The notes under the pieces were generated by a model. It was not told the origin of the DNA. It saw nothing but the letters and a program-made list of their open reading frames with translations, and did not search any database. Of a stretch of DNA of 64,000 nt, positions 1 through 14,648 are shown piece by piece. Position numbers and translations under genes: made by a program. Position 1 is the stretch's first letter. The number at the start of each line of letters is the position of its first letter. The stretch lies in assembly GCA_964291675.2 (NCBI GenBank), contig OZ219866.1, positions 1,120,001 through 1,184,000 of the forward strand, written 5' to 3'. The DNA is from Alphaproteobacteria bacterium. GTDB taxonomy: Bacteria > Pseudomonadota > Alphaproteobacteria > MPNO01.

Positions 1-1
1 T

Positions 2-325
2 GCGGTCGAGTTCTTCGTCGCCCGCGACGGCGCCGTGCTCGCCAACGAGCTCGCCCCGCGGGTGCACAACTCGGGCCACTGGACGCTCGATGCCTGCGCC
101 GCCAGCCAGTTCGAGCAGGCGGTGCGCGCGGTCTGCGGCCTGCCGCTCGCCGATCCCGCGCGCCATTCCGACGCCGAGATGACCAACCTGCTCGGCACCG
201 AGATCGAGGACTGGCCGCGCCTGCTCGCCGAGCCCGGCGCGCGCCTCCACCTCTACGGCAAGAACGAGGCCCGCCCCGGGCGCAAGATGGGCCACGTGAC
301 GCGGCTGTCGCCGCGCACGCGCTAG
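2..325 (+). CDS. purK: N5-carboxyaminoimidazole ribonucleotide synthase, C-terminal part (5' truncated by window)
   Basis: [14 protein letters not shown] and [14 protein letters not shown] motifs. Confidence 0.95.
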   Translation, partial: AVEFFVARDGAVLANELAPRVHNSGHWTLDACAASQFEQAVRAVCGLPLADPARHSDAEMTNLLGTEIEDWPRLLAEPGARLHLYGKNEARPGRKMGHVTRLSPRTR

Positions 326-330
326 CCTAA

Positions 331-346
331 TGTTTCACGTGAAACA
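331..346. promoter_or_regulatory. parS: parS centromere site (ParB binding)
   Basis: Exact TGTTTCACGTGAAACA palindrome, about 3.4 kb from dnaA. Confidence 0.92.
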
Positions 347-367
347 ATGGTCAGCATTGTTGACCTG

Positions 368-383
368 TTTTTCGCGCGAAACC
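368..383. promoter_or_regulatory. Possible degenerate second parS
   Basis: TTTTTCGCGCGAAACC, 12/16 match to consensus with palindromic core, 21 nt from the perfect site. Confidence 0.35.
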
Positions 384-523
384 TGCCCCGAAACGGTAAA
401 CGCTCTGTCCCCCGGGGACAGCGGCGTCATGCGACACCCCCGCCTTGGGGCGGTTTGTCCGGGCTCGGTCGGGGGGTTGCCGGGCGCTCCCGGGAAACCG
501 GTTCGGACGCGCCGCTCGGCGGA

Positions 524-1180
524 CTACAGCGCGCGGCGGCGTCCCCGCTGGAAGGCCGATGGCCGGCGCGCCAGCCCGGAGAGGCCGCCCGCGAGCCGCC
601 CCGCGCGGGCGCGGAGCCGGCCGATGCGGGCCACGTCGGCGAGCCGGCGCCGCAGGAACCCGCGCGTCGCCGCGCCGTCCGCGGAGCGGTCCTCCAGCCA
701 CACCAGCGTGGTCGCCGCGAGAATGCCGGCCAGCAGCGCGCGCTTGGTATAAAAGCTGAAATCGTGCGACCGGTCGCCGGAAGCGCGCCACATGCGGTCG
801 ACCGTCCGGCAATGGCAGGCGAAGCCGAGGCCCGCGTTCTGCGGCATCGCGGCGAACGCAACGCCTCGCGCGACCGCCTCGCGGTGGGGCTGGAGCGCAT
901 CGAAGCGGGCCAGCACTGCGGCCTCGACCCGCTCGTGGAGCCGCCGCCGCGAAGCCCCGCCGACCGCCGCCGCCATGCGCTCGTCGGCCCAGTCGTTGAG
1001 CGCCCGGAACAGGGCGCGCGAGCCGCCGCGCAGGATGCGCTCGGCGTCGACCGCGTCGATGCCGAGCTCGGCCGCGCCGGCGCGGATCGCCGCCCCGGTC
1101 CAGCCCTCGGACGCGGCATGGCGGACCGCGGCGAGGACCAGCCGGTCCCGCAATTCGCGCTCGGCGCCGCCGCCGCTCAC
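524..1180 (-). CDS. COQ9 family (RpsU-divergent) ubiquinone biosynthesis-associated protein
   Basis: VDRMWRASGDRSHDFSFYTKRALL motif; GTG start overlaps def stop (GTGA). Confidence 0.9.
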   Translation of the reverse strand: MSGGGAERELRDRLVLAAVRHAASEGWTGAAIRAGAAELGIDAVDAERILRGGSRALFRALNDWADERMAAAVGGASRRRLHERVEAAVLARFDALQPHREAVARGVAFAAMPQNAGLGFACHCRTVDRMWRASGDRSHDFSFYTKRALLAGILAATTLVWLEDRSADGAATRGFLRRRLADVARIGRLRARAGRLAGGLSGLARRPSAFQRGRRRAL

Positions 1181-1737
1181 CCCGCCGCCCTCGCCCGGTC
1201 GCGCGCCGCCTCGGCGAAATGGTGCATCTCGTCGGAGAAGCACAGCATGCCGAGATCGTCCATCCGCATGGTGTAGAGAATGCCGTCGAGATGGTCGATC
1301 TCGTGCTGCACGACGCGCGCGTGGAAGCCCTCTGCCTCGCGCTCGACCGCCCGCCCGTCGGGCGCGGTGCCGCGATAGCGGATGCGGGCGTGGCGCGGCA
1401 CCGCGCCGGTGAGGCCGGGGATCGACAGGCAGCCCTCCCAGCCGAGCTCGATGTCGTCGCCGACGGGCTCGAATTCCGGGTTGACCAGGGCGGTCAGCGG
1501 CGCCTCCTGCCCGTCCGCCCCGTCCGCCCCGTCCCGTTCGGCGGGCGCCTTGAACACGATGACGCGCCGGCCGACATGGACCTGCGGCGCGGCGAGCCCG
1601 ACGCCGCGGGCGTCCTCCATGGTCTCGACCATGTCGGCGATCAGGCGGCGGATCTCGCGCGATGTCGGATCGGCGACCGGCTCGGCCCGCTCCAGCAGCA
1701 CGGGGTGGCCCATGCGGGCGATCTTCAACAGCGTCAT
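1177..1737 (-). CDS. def: Peptide deformylase
   Basis: GVGLAAPQV, EGCLS, HEIDHLDG motifs. Confidence 0.97.
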   Translation of the reverse strand: MTLLKIARMGHPVLLERAEPVADPTSREIRRLIADMVETMEDARGVGLAAPQVHVGRRVIVFKAPAERDGADGADGQEAPLTALVNPEFEPVGDDIELGWEGCLSIPGLTGAVPRHARIRYRGTAPDGRAVEREAEGFHARVVQHEIDHLDGILYTMRMDDLGMLCFSDEMHHFAEAARDRARAAG

Positions 1738-1893
1738 GCGCCTAATATCGTTCTCCGGCGGGGCCGGTCAAACCACTCCGTGTCCCGCAGGGTTTCGGAA
1801 ACGGCGGCGGCCGTCGCGGGCGCTATCCGCGGGTCCGCGCAAACCCGGCCAGCAGCGGATGCCTGTTCATGCCCTTGAAATATAGGCACGAAT

Positions 1894-2133
1894 CTACTCT
1901 TCGTGCATCTTCTTCAGTTCATTTAGGGACTGCGGGGACAGTCCCATGATGAAGGCCCTTACAGGTCCTTCCATGAACGAGTCGCGGTCTCCTTTCCTGT
2001 GATAGGTAAAGAAGAAGGGGACTCCCTCCGGGGATATCCAATACTCGGTTGTCGGATTGTTCGACCCCGGCCATACCTCATAACCGAGAAACCGCAGGAT
2101 TTCTCGTACGCGAAACGCGGGGACTGCTCCCAT
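1894..2133 (-). CDS. Small HicA-fold-like protein (79 aa), lacks GSH motif
   Basis: Helix-LGYEV-strand-SPEG-strand-H pattern resembles HicA; starts 2 nt after the HicB-like stop. Confidence 0.55.
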   Translation of the reverse strand: MGAVPAFRVREILRFLGYEVWPGSNNPTTEYWISPEGVPFFFTYHRKGDRDSFMEGPVRAFIMGLSPQSLNELKKMHEE

Positions 2134-2135
2134 GC

Positions 2136-2432
2136 TCAGGCAACGGCAGCCAGCAGAAGGCCGGGCCTTTCATGGTCGGATAGGGGAATCCCGACCTTGT
2201 GAGCTCGGTAGCTGACAGGCCCCATGGCAGCTCCGATGTCCGCGATCTCCGCATCGAGGTAGTGCGAGAGAAAGACGCGAAGCGGCTCCCGCAAGGCATC
2301 CACCGGGGCTTCGTCAGAGTCGATCACCGCGTGAAAACCCGTCAGGTCGGGGCTGGTGACATAGATTCGCCCGTCCGCCAGCTCCTCGAAGGCGATGCGA
2401 ACGGCGATCTGGTGCGATGGATAGTTCTGCAT
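2136..2432 (-). CDS. HicB-like (partial RNase H fold) antitoxin-like protein
   Basis: FEELADGRIYVTSPDLTGFH resembles the HicB N-terminal motif; ATG 2 nt after upstream TAG. Confidence 0.65.
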   Translation of the reverse strand: MQNYPSHQIAVRIAFEELADGRIYVTSPDLTGFHAVIDSDEAPVDALREPLRVFLSHYLDAEIADIGAAMGPVSYRAHKVGIPLSDHERPGLLLAAVA

Positions 2433-2434
2433 TC

Positions 2435-2644
2435 CTAGTTCCCTTGCCATCGGGCATCGGCCGCGATACTTGCGATCCGCCTCCTCCTTTCCGCTTGGGG
2501 AGACGCGGCACGTGCCCGACCTCCCGCGATGTCGCTCTTGCGCTTCGCGGGGCGCTCCAACCTGGTATCCTGGATTTCGCCGACGGCGACCGCGCAGCCG
2601 AGGGCGTCGGCCGGGCGACTCTCGCCCCGGGGGCCTTTCGGCAT
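2435..2644 (-). CDS. Small basic MPKGP-family protein (69 aa; often annotated RNA-binding or histone-H1-like)
   Basis: MPKGPRGESRPAD...AGGRARAAS..ERRRRIASIAADARW matches a recalled small-protein family. Confidence 0.7.
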   Translation of the reverse strand: MPKGPRGESRPADALGCAVAVGEIQDTRLERPAKRKSDIAGGRARAASPQAERRRRIASIAADARWQGN

Positions 2645-2930
2645 GGCTACCGACCTGCGGCCACAGCCACCCTGTCGTTTGAGTGCATGACCGAGGCTCC
2701 CTCCGTTGTTTCCGGCCCGCACACCGCGGACCATGCCGCTCGACGCTTGCACCGTTTTGGTGCTCGACGGCCATACCATGGTAGTGCTCCCCACCAGGGT
2801 CAAGTTCTTCTGCGATGCCGGTGTGGCATGCGGCGCTTCACCGCATGCCCAGCTTCCAATGCCCCGACCGCTCCGATCGCCGCCAGTCCCTTGCATCTTC
2901 GGACCGCGACGACCGCCCCCGGCGGCTCGG

Positions 2931-2959
2931 TTGACGCGCCACGACGGGCGGGTTAAAAG
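2931..2959 (+). promoter_or_regulatory. sigma70-type promoter for rpsT
   Basis: TTGACG-N17-TAAAAG. Confidence 0.55.
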
Positions 2960-2995
2960 CGCCTCCCCTTGCGAAGCTGGTGACGGACGGCACCG

Positions 2996-3259
2996 ATGGC
3001 GAACATCAAATCGGCCAAGAAGCGGACGCGCCGCAACGCCCGCCGCACGGCGGTCAACGGCGCGAGGCGCGGCCGTATCCGCACCTACATGAAGAAGGTC
3101 GAGGCGGCGCTCGCGGACAATGAGAAGACCGCCGCGGCGGAGGCCCTGAAGGCCGCGCAACCCGAGCTGATGCGCGGCGTGACCAGGGGCGTGCTGCACC
3201 GCAACACCGCCGCGCGCACCATCGCGCGGCTGAACGCCCGCATCAAGGCTCTGGACTAG
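2996..3259 (+). CDS. rpsT: 30S ribosomal protein S20
   Basis: [10 protein letters not shown]...LHRNTAAR; upstream of dnaA as is typical of Alphaproteobacteria. Confidence 0.98.
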   Translation: MANIKSAKKRTRRNARRTAVNGARRGRIRTYMKKVEAALADNEKTAAAEALKAAQPELMRGVTRGVLHRNTAARTIARLNARIKALD

Positions 3260-3559
3260 GGGCGCCGCCCCCCGTCGTCGCTCGCCGCCCGGCACCCCTC
3301 GTCGTCGACACCCGAGCGCCCGCCCTGCGGGCCGTTCCCGGTCGAAATGACGGGGCGGAGACCGTCCTTGGAAACGCCCCGGATCGAGTCCGGGGCTGCC
3401 CGGGATGAGGGGTAGGGTGCCGGGTCAAGGCAATTTCATCCCGAGTAGCGGCGCGGCCGCGTATCGAGGGACGGCCCGTCCAGTCCCGCGTTTTGCGGCT
3501 TGGCTGCAACACCCGCCAAAGCATTTTTGTAAGACGGTGCCGACCCGGACACGACGGCA

Positions 3560-3588
3560 TTGCAAGTTCCGCCGGGGCGGGCTAACGT
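3560..3588 (+). promoter_or_regulatory. Putative sigma70 promoter for dnaA
   Basis: TTGCAA-N17-TAACGT. Confidence 0.45.
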
Positions 3589-3816
3589 TCTCCGACAGGG
3601 CAGCGCGGGGTTGTCCTCGACAAAATAATAATCGCTCGGGACTTGCCCTGTATTATCCCAGTTCTACCCAATTCTAGCGCCACAAACGCGGATATTTGTA
3701 TTCCGCAAGAATAAATCTGTATGCGGGCGGGGAATGGCCAGCTTCAAGAAGAAAGCCAACGCGCAGAGAGTCCGGCTAGGGGAAGGCTGGGGGTTCGGTC
3801 CGGGGACCGACGCTTC

Positions 3817-5244
3817 GTGACCGCGGGGGAGACCAGGATCGACTCGCGGATCTCCGCGCAATGGGCGCGGGTGCGGGGCGTGCTGCGGGCCGAGGTCGGC
3901 GATTCCTCCTATCGCAGCTGGCTCAAACCCCTGACCCTGCTGGCGGTGGACGGCGATGTGGTGCGCATCGCCACGCCGACGCGCTTCATGCGCGACTATG
4001 TCAGCGAGAACTTCGCCGGGCGCATATTGGAGCTGTGGACCGACGAGGACGCGGCGATCACCGCGCTCGACGTGCAGATCCAGGCCGAGCCCGCCAGGCG
4101 CGAACGCAAGCGGCTGGCGCCGGCGCAGCCCCGCAAGAAGCCGGCCGCACCGGCCGGCGGGGCGGCCGGCAACGGCGCCGCCGCCGCCCAACCGGTCGCG
4201 CCGGCGAGCAACGAGGGGGAGATCGGCGGGCCCCTCGATCCGCGCTTCCGCTTCGAGAATTTCGTCGTCGGCAAGCCCAACGAGCTCGCCTTCGCGGCGG
4301 CGCGGCGTGTCGCGGAGTCGCCCACGGCGACCTACAACCCGCTCTTCCTCTATGGCGGCGTCGGGCTCGGCAAGACCCATCTGATGCACGCGATCGGATG
4401 GCACATCCGCAACCGCCATTCGAACCGCCGGGTGGTCTATCTGTCGGCCGAGAAGTTCATGTACCAGTTCATCCGGGCGCTGCGCTTCCAGGACACGATG
4501 GCGTTCAAGGAGCAGTTCCGGTCGGTCGACGTGCTGATGATCGACGATGTGCAGTTCATCAACGGCAAGGAAAACACGCAAGAGGAATTCTTCCATACTT
4601 TCAACGACCTGGTCGGCAACAACCGGCAGGTGGTGGTGTCGGCGGACAAGTCTCCCTCCGACCTCGAGGGGATGGAGGAACGCCTGCGGTCCCGCCTCGG
4701 CTGGGGGTTGGTGGCCGACATCCACGCCACCACCTGCGAGCTGCGGGTCGGCATCCTGCAATCCAAGGCGGAGCAGCTCGGCGTCGACGTCTCCGACAGG
4801 GTGCTGGAATTCCTCGCCCACAAGATCACCGCCTCGGTGCGCGAGCTGGAAGGCGCGCTCAACCGCATCGTCGCGCATTCGACGCTGGTCGGGCGCGACA
4901 TCTCGCTGGAAACCTGCCAGGAGGTGCTGCAGGACCTGCTGCGCGCGCATGAGCGCCGGGTGACGATCGAGGAGATCCAGAAGCGGGTGGCGGAACACTT
5001 CAACATCCGCTTCGCCGACATGCATTCGGCCCGGCGCTCGCGCGCCGTGGCGCGGCCGCGCCAGGTGGCGATGTACCTGTCCAAGCAGCTCACCTCGCGG
5101 TCCCTGCCCGAGATCGGCCGCAAGTTCGGCGGGCGCGACCACACGACGGTCATGCACGCGGTGCGCAAGGTCGAGGAGCTGCGCCAGTCCGACGCCAGCT
5201 TCGACGAGGATGTCGAGCTCCTGAGGCGGATGCTCGAAGCCTGA
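3817..5244 (+). CDS. dnaA: Chromosomal replication initiator DnaA (start uncertain; ORF open from 3721)
   Basis: YNPLFLYGGVGLGKTHL, DDVQF, FGGRDHTTV. Confidence 0.98.
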   Translation: MTAGETRIDSRISAQWARVRGVLRAEVGDSSYRSWLKPLTLLAVDGDVVRIATPTRFMRDYVSENFAGRILELWTDEDAAITALDVQIQAEPARRERKRLAPAQPRKKPAAPAGGAAGNGAAAAQPVAPASNEGEIGGPLDPRFRFENFVVGKPNELAFAAARRVAESPTATYNPLFLYGGVGLGKTHLMHAIGWHIRNRHSNRRVVYLSAEKFMYQFIRALRFQDTMAFKEQFRSVDVLMIDDVQFINGKENTQEEFFHTFNDLVGNNRQVVVSADKSPSDLEGMEERLRSRLGWGLVADIHATTCELRVGILQSKAEQLGVDVSDRVLEFLAHKITASVRELEGALNRIVAHSTLVGRDISLETCQEVLQDLLRAHERRVTIEEIQKRVAEHFNIRFADMHSARRSRAVARPRQVAMYLSKQLTSRSLPEIGRKFGGRDHTTVMHAVRKVEELRQSDASFDEDVELLRRMLEA

Positions 5245-5440
5245 GCGAGCGGCCCCGCGCGGGATCGCGCGGCGCCGCATCGGGCGGTCGGTTCTTCCCA
5301 TCGCGCCAAAGGGTTGTGTTATAATGATCGCGCTTCGCGCGGGGTTTCGCCCAAGGCGGCGCGCGCGCGTCGAATGCCGCCCGCCGGAGCCGTCGGACGC
5401 GCCGCGGCGGAGACTATCCTCAGACGGGGTTCCGGGGACG

Positions 5441-6562
5441 ATGAAGCTCACGATCGAACGCGCAGCGCTCTTGCGGTCGCTGCAGCACGCGCAAGGCGTG
5501 ATCGAGCGTCGAACGACGATACCGATCCTGTCGAACGTGCTGCTCAGGGCGGATGGCGGGACGCTGGCGCTGACCGCGACCGACATGGATATCGCCATCG
5601 TCGAACGGGTGGAGTGCGCGGTGGCGCAGCCCGGCGCGACCACGGTGCCGGCGCAGACGCTGTTCGACGTGGTCCGCAAGCTGCCGGAGGGCGCCGAGCT
5701 CGAGATCGCCAGCGGCGGCGAGCAGAACCAGCTCGTGGTGCGCTGCGGGCGGTCGCGGATCTCGCTTGCCACCCTGCCGAGCGAGGACTTCCCGGCGATG
5801 AGCGAGGGCGAGCTGCCGCACGGCTTCGCCATGGGCGCGAAGTCGCTGTGCGAGATCATCGACCGCACCCGCTTCGCGATGTCGTCGGAGGAGACCCGAT
5901 ACTATCTCAACGGCATCTACATCCACCCCGCCAGGGACGAGGACGAGCCCAAGCTTCGCATCGTCGCCACCGACGGCCACCGCCTGGCGCGGGTCGAGCT
6001 CAAGCTGCCCGACGGGGCCGACGACATGCCCGGCGTCATCGTCCCGCGCAAGACGGTGGGCGAGATCCGCAAGCTGATCGACGACGCCGGCGAGGAAGAG
6101 GTCGCGATCGCCCTGTCGGACACCAAGATCCGCGTCGAGATCGCCACCACCGTGCTGACGTCGAAGCTGATCGACGGCACCTTCCCGGATTACGACCGGG
6201 TGATCCCGTTCGCCAACGACAAGACGCTGCAGGTCGATCCGAGAAACTTCGCCAAGGCGGTCGACCTGGTCTCGACCATCGCGACGGAGAAGACCCGGGC
6301 GATCAAGCTCAGCCTCGACGACGGCTCGCTGGTGCTCTCGGCATCCAGCCCGGAGGCCGGCAGCGCCGAGGAACAGCTCGAGGTGGAGTATGCCGACGGG
6401 CCGCTCGAGATCGGCTTCAACTCGCGCTATCTGCTCGACATCGCGCAGCTCATCGGCGAAGACGGCGCGCGGTTCATGCTGTCCGACGGGACCTCGCCGA
6501 CCCTGGTGCGCGACAACGCGGACCCCGGCGCGCTGTACGTCCTGATGCCGATGCGCGTTTGA
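5441..6562 (+). CDS. dnaN: DNA polymerase III beta clamp
   Basis: TIPILSNVLL, ETRYYLNG, ATDGHRL, YVLMPMRV. Confidence 0.98.
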   Translation: MKLTIERAALLRSLQHAQGVIERRTTIPILSNVLLRADGGTLALTATDMDIAIVERVECAVAQPGATTVPAQTLFDVVRKLPEGAELEIASGGEQNQLVVRCGRSRISLATLPSEDFPAMSEGELPHGFAMGAKSLCEIIDRTRFAMSSEETRYYLNGIYIHPARDEDEPKLRIVATDGHRLARVELKLPDGADDMPGVIVPRKTVGEIRKLIDDAGEEEVAIALSDTKIRVEIATTVLTSKLIDGTFPDYDRVIPFANDKTLQVDPRNFAKAVDLVSTIATEKTRAIKLSLDDGSLVLSASSPEAGSAEEQLEVEYADGPLEIGFNSRYLLDIAQLIGEDGARFMLSDGTSPTLVRDNADPGALYVLMPMRV

Positions 6563-6612
6563 CCCTTCGCGCGCGGCACCGGCGGGAGTTTTCCGACACG
6601 GGGGCGGCGGCG

Positions 6613-10706
<4,094 letters not shown>

Positions 10707-10743
10707 CCCGGCTCTCCGCCATGGCAGCCTCATGCCGCGCCCC

Positions 10744-12615
<1,872 letters not shown>

Positions 12616-12708
12616 GGCTGGCTTGTCGTAGAGACGCCTCCGCCTGAGTGCAACCGCCCCCGCCGAACCGCTTGGCGATTCCGCGCCGCCGGCAGTACAT
12701 GGTGCGGC

Positions 12709-14541
12709 ATGGCACGGCGCCGAACCAGGGAGCGTGGTGGCAAGGCCGGCCCGGCGAAGCCCGCCGCGCGGCGCAAGCGTCGAATATGGGGGCGGCTCGC
12801 CCGCTGGGCGCTGGTGGCCGGGATCTGGGTCGCGGTCGCGGCGGCGGGCGCGATTGGCTGGTATGCCTGGGACCTGCCCGAGCTGTCCCGGCTGGAGACG
12901 CCGACGCGCCAGCCGGCGGCGCTGCTCAGGACCGCCGACGGGGCGGCGCTCGCGCGCTACGGCGAGCTCTATGGCGGCGCGGTGCGCTTCGACGAGCTGC
13001 CGGGATATTTCGTCCAGGCGGTGAGCGCGATCGAGGACCGGCGCTTCTTCGAGCATCCCGGAATCGATGTTTGGGGCATATTGCGCGCGGCCGTCGCCAA
13101 TATCCGCGCCGGCCGGGTGCGCCAGGGCGGCAGCACGCTCACCCAGCAGCTCGCCAAGAACCTCTTTCTCTCGCCGGAGCGGACCGTGCGGCGCAAGATC
13201 CAGGAGGCGATCGTGGCGCTCTGGCTGGAGGCCAGGTTCTCCAAGCGCCAGATCTTCGAGATCTACGTCAACCGGGTCTATTTCGGCTCCGGCGCCTATG
13301 GCGTCGCCGCCGCCGCCAGGCGCTATTTCGGCGGCACGGTGCGCGACCTCTCGCTGTTCGAGGCCGCGGTGCTGGCCGGGCTGCTCAAGGCGCCGTCGCG
13401 CTATTCCCCGGTGCGCGATGCCGACGCGGCGCGGGCGCGGGGAACCCGGGTGCTGCGGGCGATGGTCGACACCGGGGCGCTGACGGAGGCCGAGGCGAAG
13501 GCGGCCGAGCGCACCCCGCTCCGCCTGCGCGCCGAGAGCGGAGCCGGCGCGCGCTATTTCGCCGACTGGGCGCTGCAACGCGCGCTCGGCCATGTCGGGC
13601 GGGGCACGCGCGACATCGAGATCCGCACCACCCTCGATTCCCGGCTGCAACGCATCGCCGAGCGCCACGCCCGGGCCCTGCTGGCGAAGCAGGGCGGGGC
13701 CGGCCGGGTGTCGCAGGTCGCCCTGGTCGCGATGTCGGGCGCGGGCGCGATCCGCGCCATGGTCGGCGGGCGGGTCTATTCCGCGAGCCAGTTCAACCGC
13801 GCCACCCAGGCCTGGCGCCAGCCGGGCTCGGCGTTCAAGCTGTTCGTCTATCTCGCCGGGCTGGAGGCGGGGCTCGCGCCGGACGACGTGTTCGTCGACA
13901 GGCCGGTGAGCGTCGCCGGCTGGCGCCCGCGCAACTATGACGGGCGCTACCACGGCGCGATGCCGCTGATCCGCGCCTTCGCCCGGTCGATCAACACCGT
14001 CGCCGTCCAGGTCAGCGAGCGCGCCGGGCGGCGCCGGGTGATCGATGCCGCCAGGCGCCTCGGCATCACCACGCCGATCGCGCCCCACCCCTCGCTCGCG
14101 CTCGGCACCAGCGAGGTGACGCTGATCGAGCTCACCGCTTCCTATGCCGCGGTCGCCAATGGCGGGATCGCGGTCTGGCCCTACGGCGTCACCGCGATCG
14201 ACGCGGCCGGCGGCGAGCGCCTCTACCGGCGCAGCGGCGCGCCGGCGGCACGGGTGATCCGCGAGGACCGGGCGCGGGCGCTCCGGCGCATGCTGCGCGC
14301 GGCGGTGGCCAGCGGCACCGGGCGGGCGGCGCGGCTCGGCGGGTCGGAAGCCGGCAAGACCGGCACCAGCCAGAGCTTCCGCGACGCCTGGTTCGTCGGC
14401 TTCGCCAACGGGCTTGTGGCCGGCGTCTGGGTCGGCAACGACGACGACCGGCCGATGGCCAAGGTCACCGGCGGCGGGCTGCCGGCGCGCATCTGGCGGG
14501 GTTTCATGCGCGACGCCGAGGCGGCGCGCCGGGGGGCGTAG
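12709..14541 (+). CDS. Class A penicillin-binding protein (PBP1A family)
   Basis: N-terminal TM, EDRRFFEH, QGGSTLTQQLAKN, SAFK, SIN, GKTGT. Confidence 0.95.
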   Translation: MARRRTRERGGKAGPAKPAARRKRRIWGRLARWALVAGIWVAVAAAGAIGWYAWDLPELSRLETPTRQPAALLRTADGAALARYGELYGGAVRFDELPGYFVQAVSAIEDRRFFEHPGIDVWGILRAAVANIRAGRVRQGGSTLTQQLAKNLFLSPERTVRRKIQEAIVALWLEARFSKRQIFEIYVNRVYFGSGAYGVAAAARRYFGGTVRDLSLFEAAVLAGLLKAPSRYSPVRDADAARARGTRVLRAMVDTGALTEAEAKAAERTPLRLRAESGAGARYFADWALQRALGHVGRGTRDIEIRTTLDSRLQRIAERHARALLAKQGGAGRVSQVALVAMSGAGAIRAMVGGRVYSASQFNRATQAWRQPGSAFKLFVYLAGLEAGLAPDDVFVDRPVSVAGWRPRNYDGRYHGAMPLIRAFARSINTVAVQVSERAGRRRVIDAARRLGITTPIAPHPSLALGTSEVTLIELTASYAAVANGGIAVWPYGVTAIDAAGGERLYRRSGAPAARVIREDRARALRRMLRAAVASGTGRAARLGGSEAGKTGTSQSFRDAWFVGFANGLVAGVWVGNDDDRPMAKVTGGGLPARIWRGFMRDAEAARRGA

Positions 14542-14648
14542 CGGGGTGCGGCGGCGGGGACGCGCGCCGGCTTCCCATCGCGCGGCGCAGACCCCATTTT
14601 AGGGGCGAAACCAGGGGCCGGGCGGGGCAGCCGTCCGGAGCGCGTTGC

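Noticed and set aside
1509-1536. 9-nt tandem repeat in def (DGADGADG)
   Set aside because: Short in-frame loop expansion in a variable region; no sign of a functional array
3260-3720. oriC between rpsT and dnaA
   Set aside because: AT-rich, but no convincing cluster of TTATCCACA boxes; kept only as a leader/promoter observation
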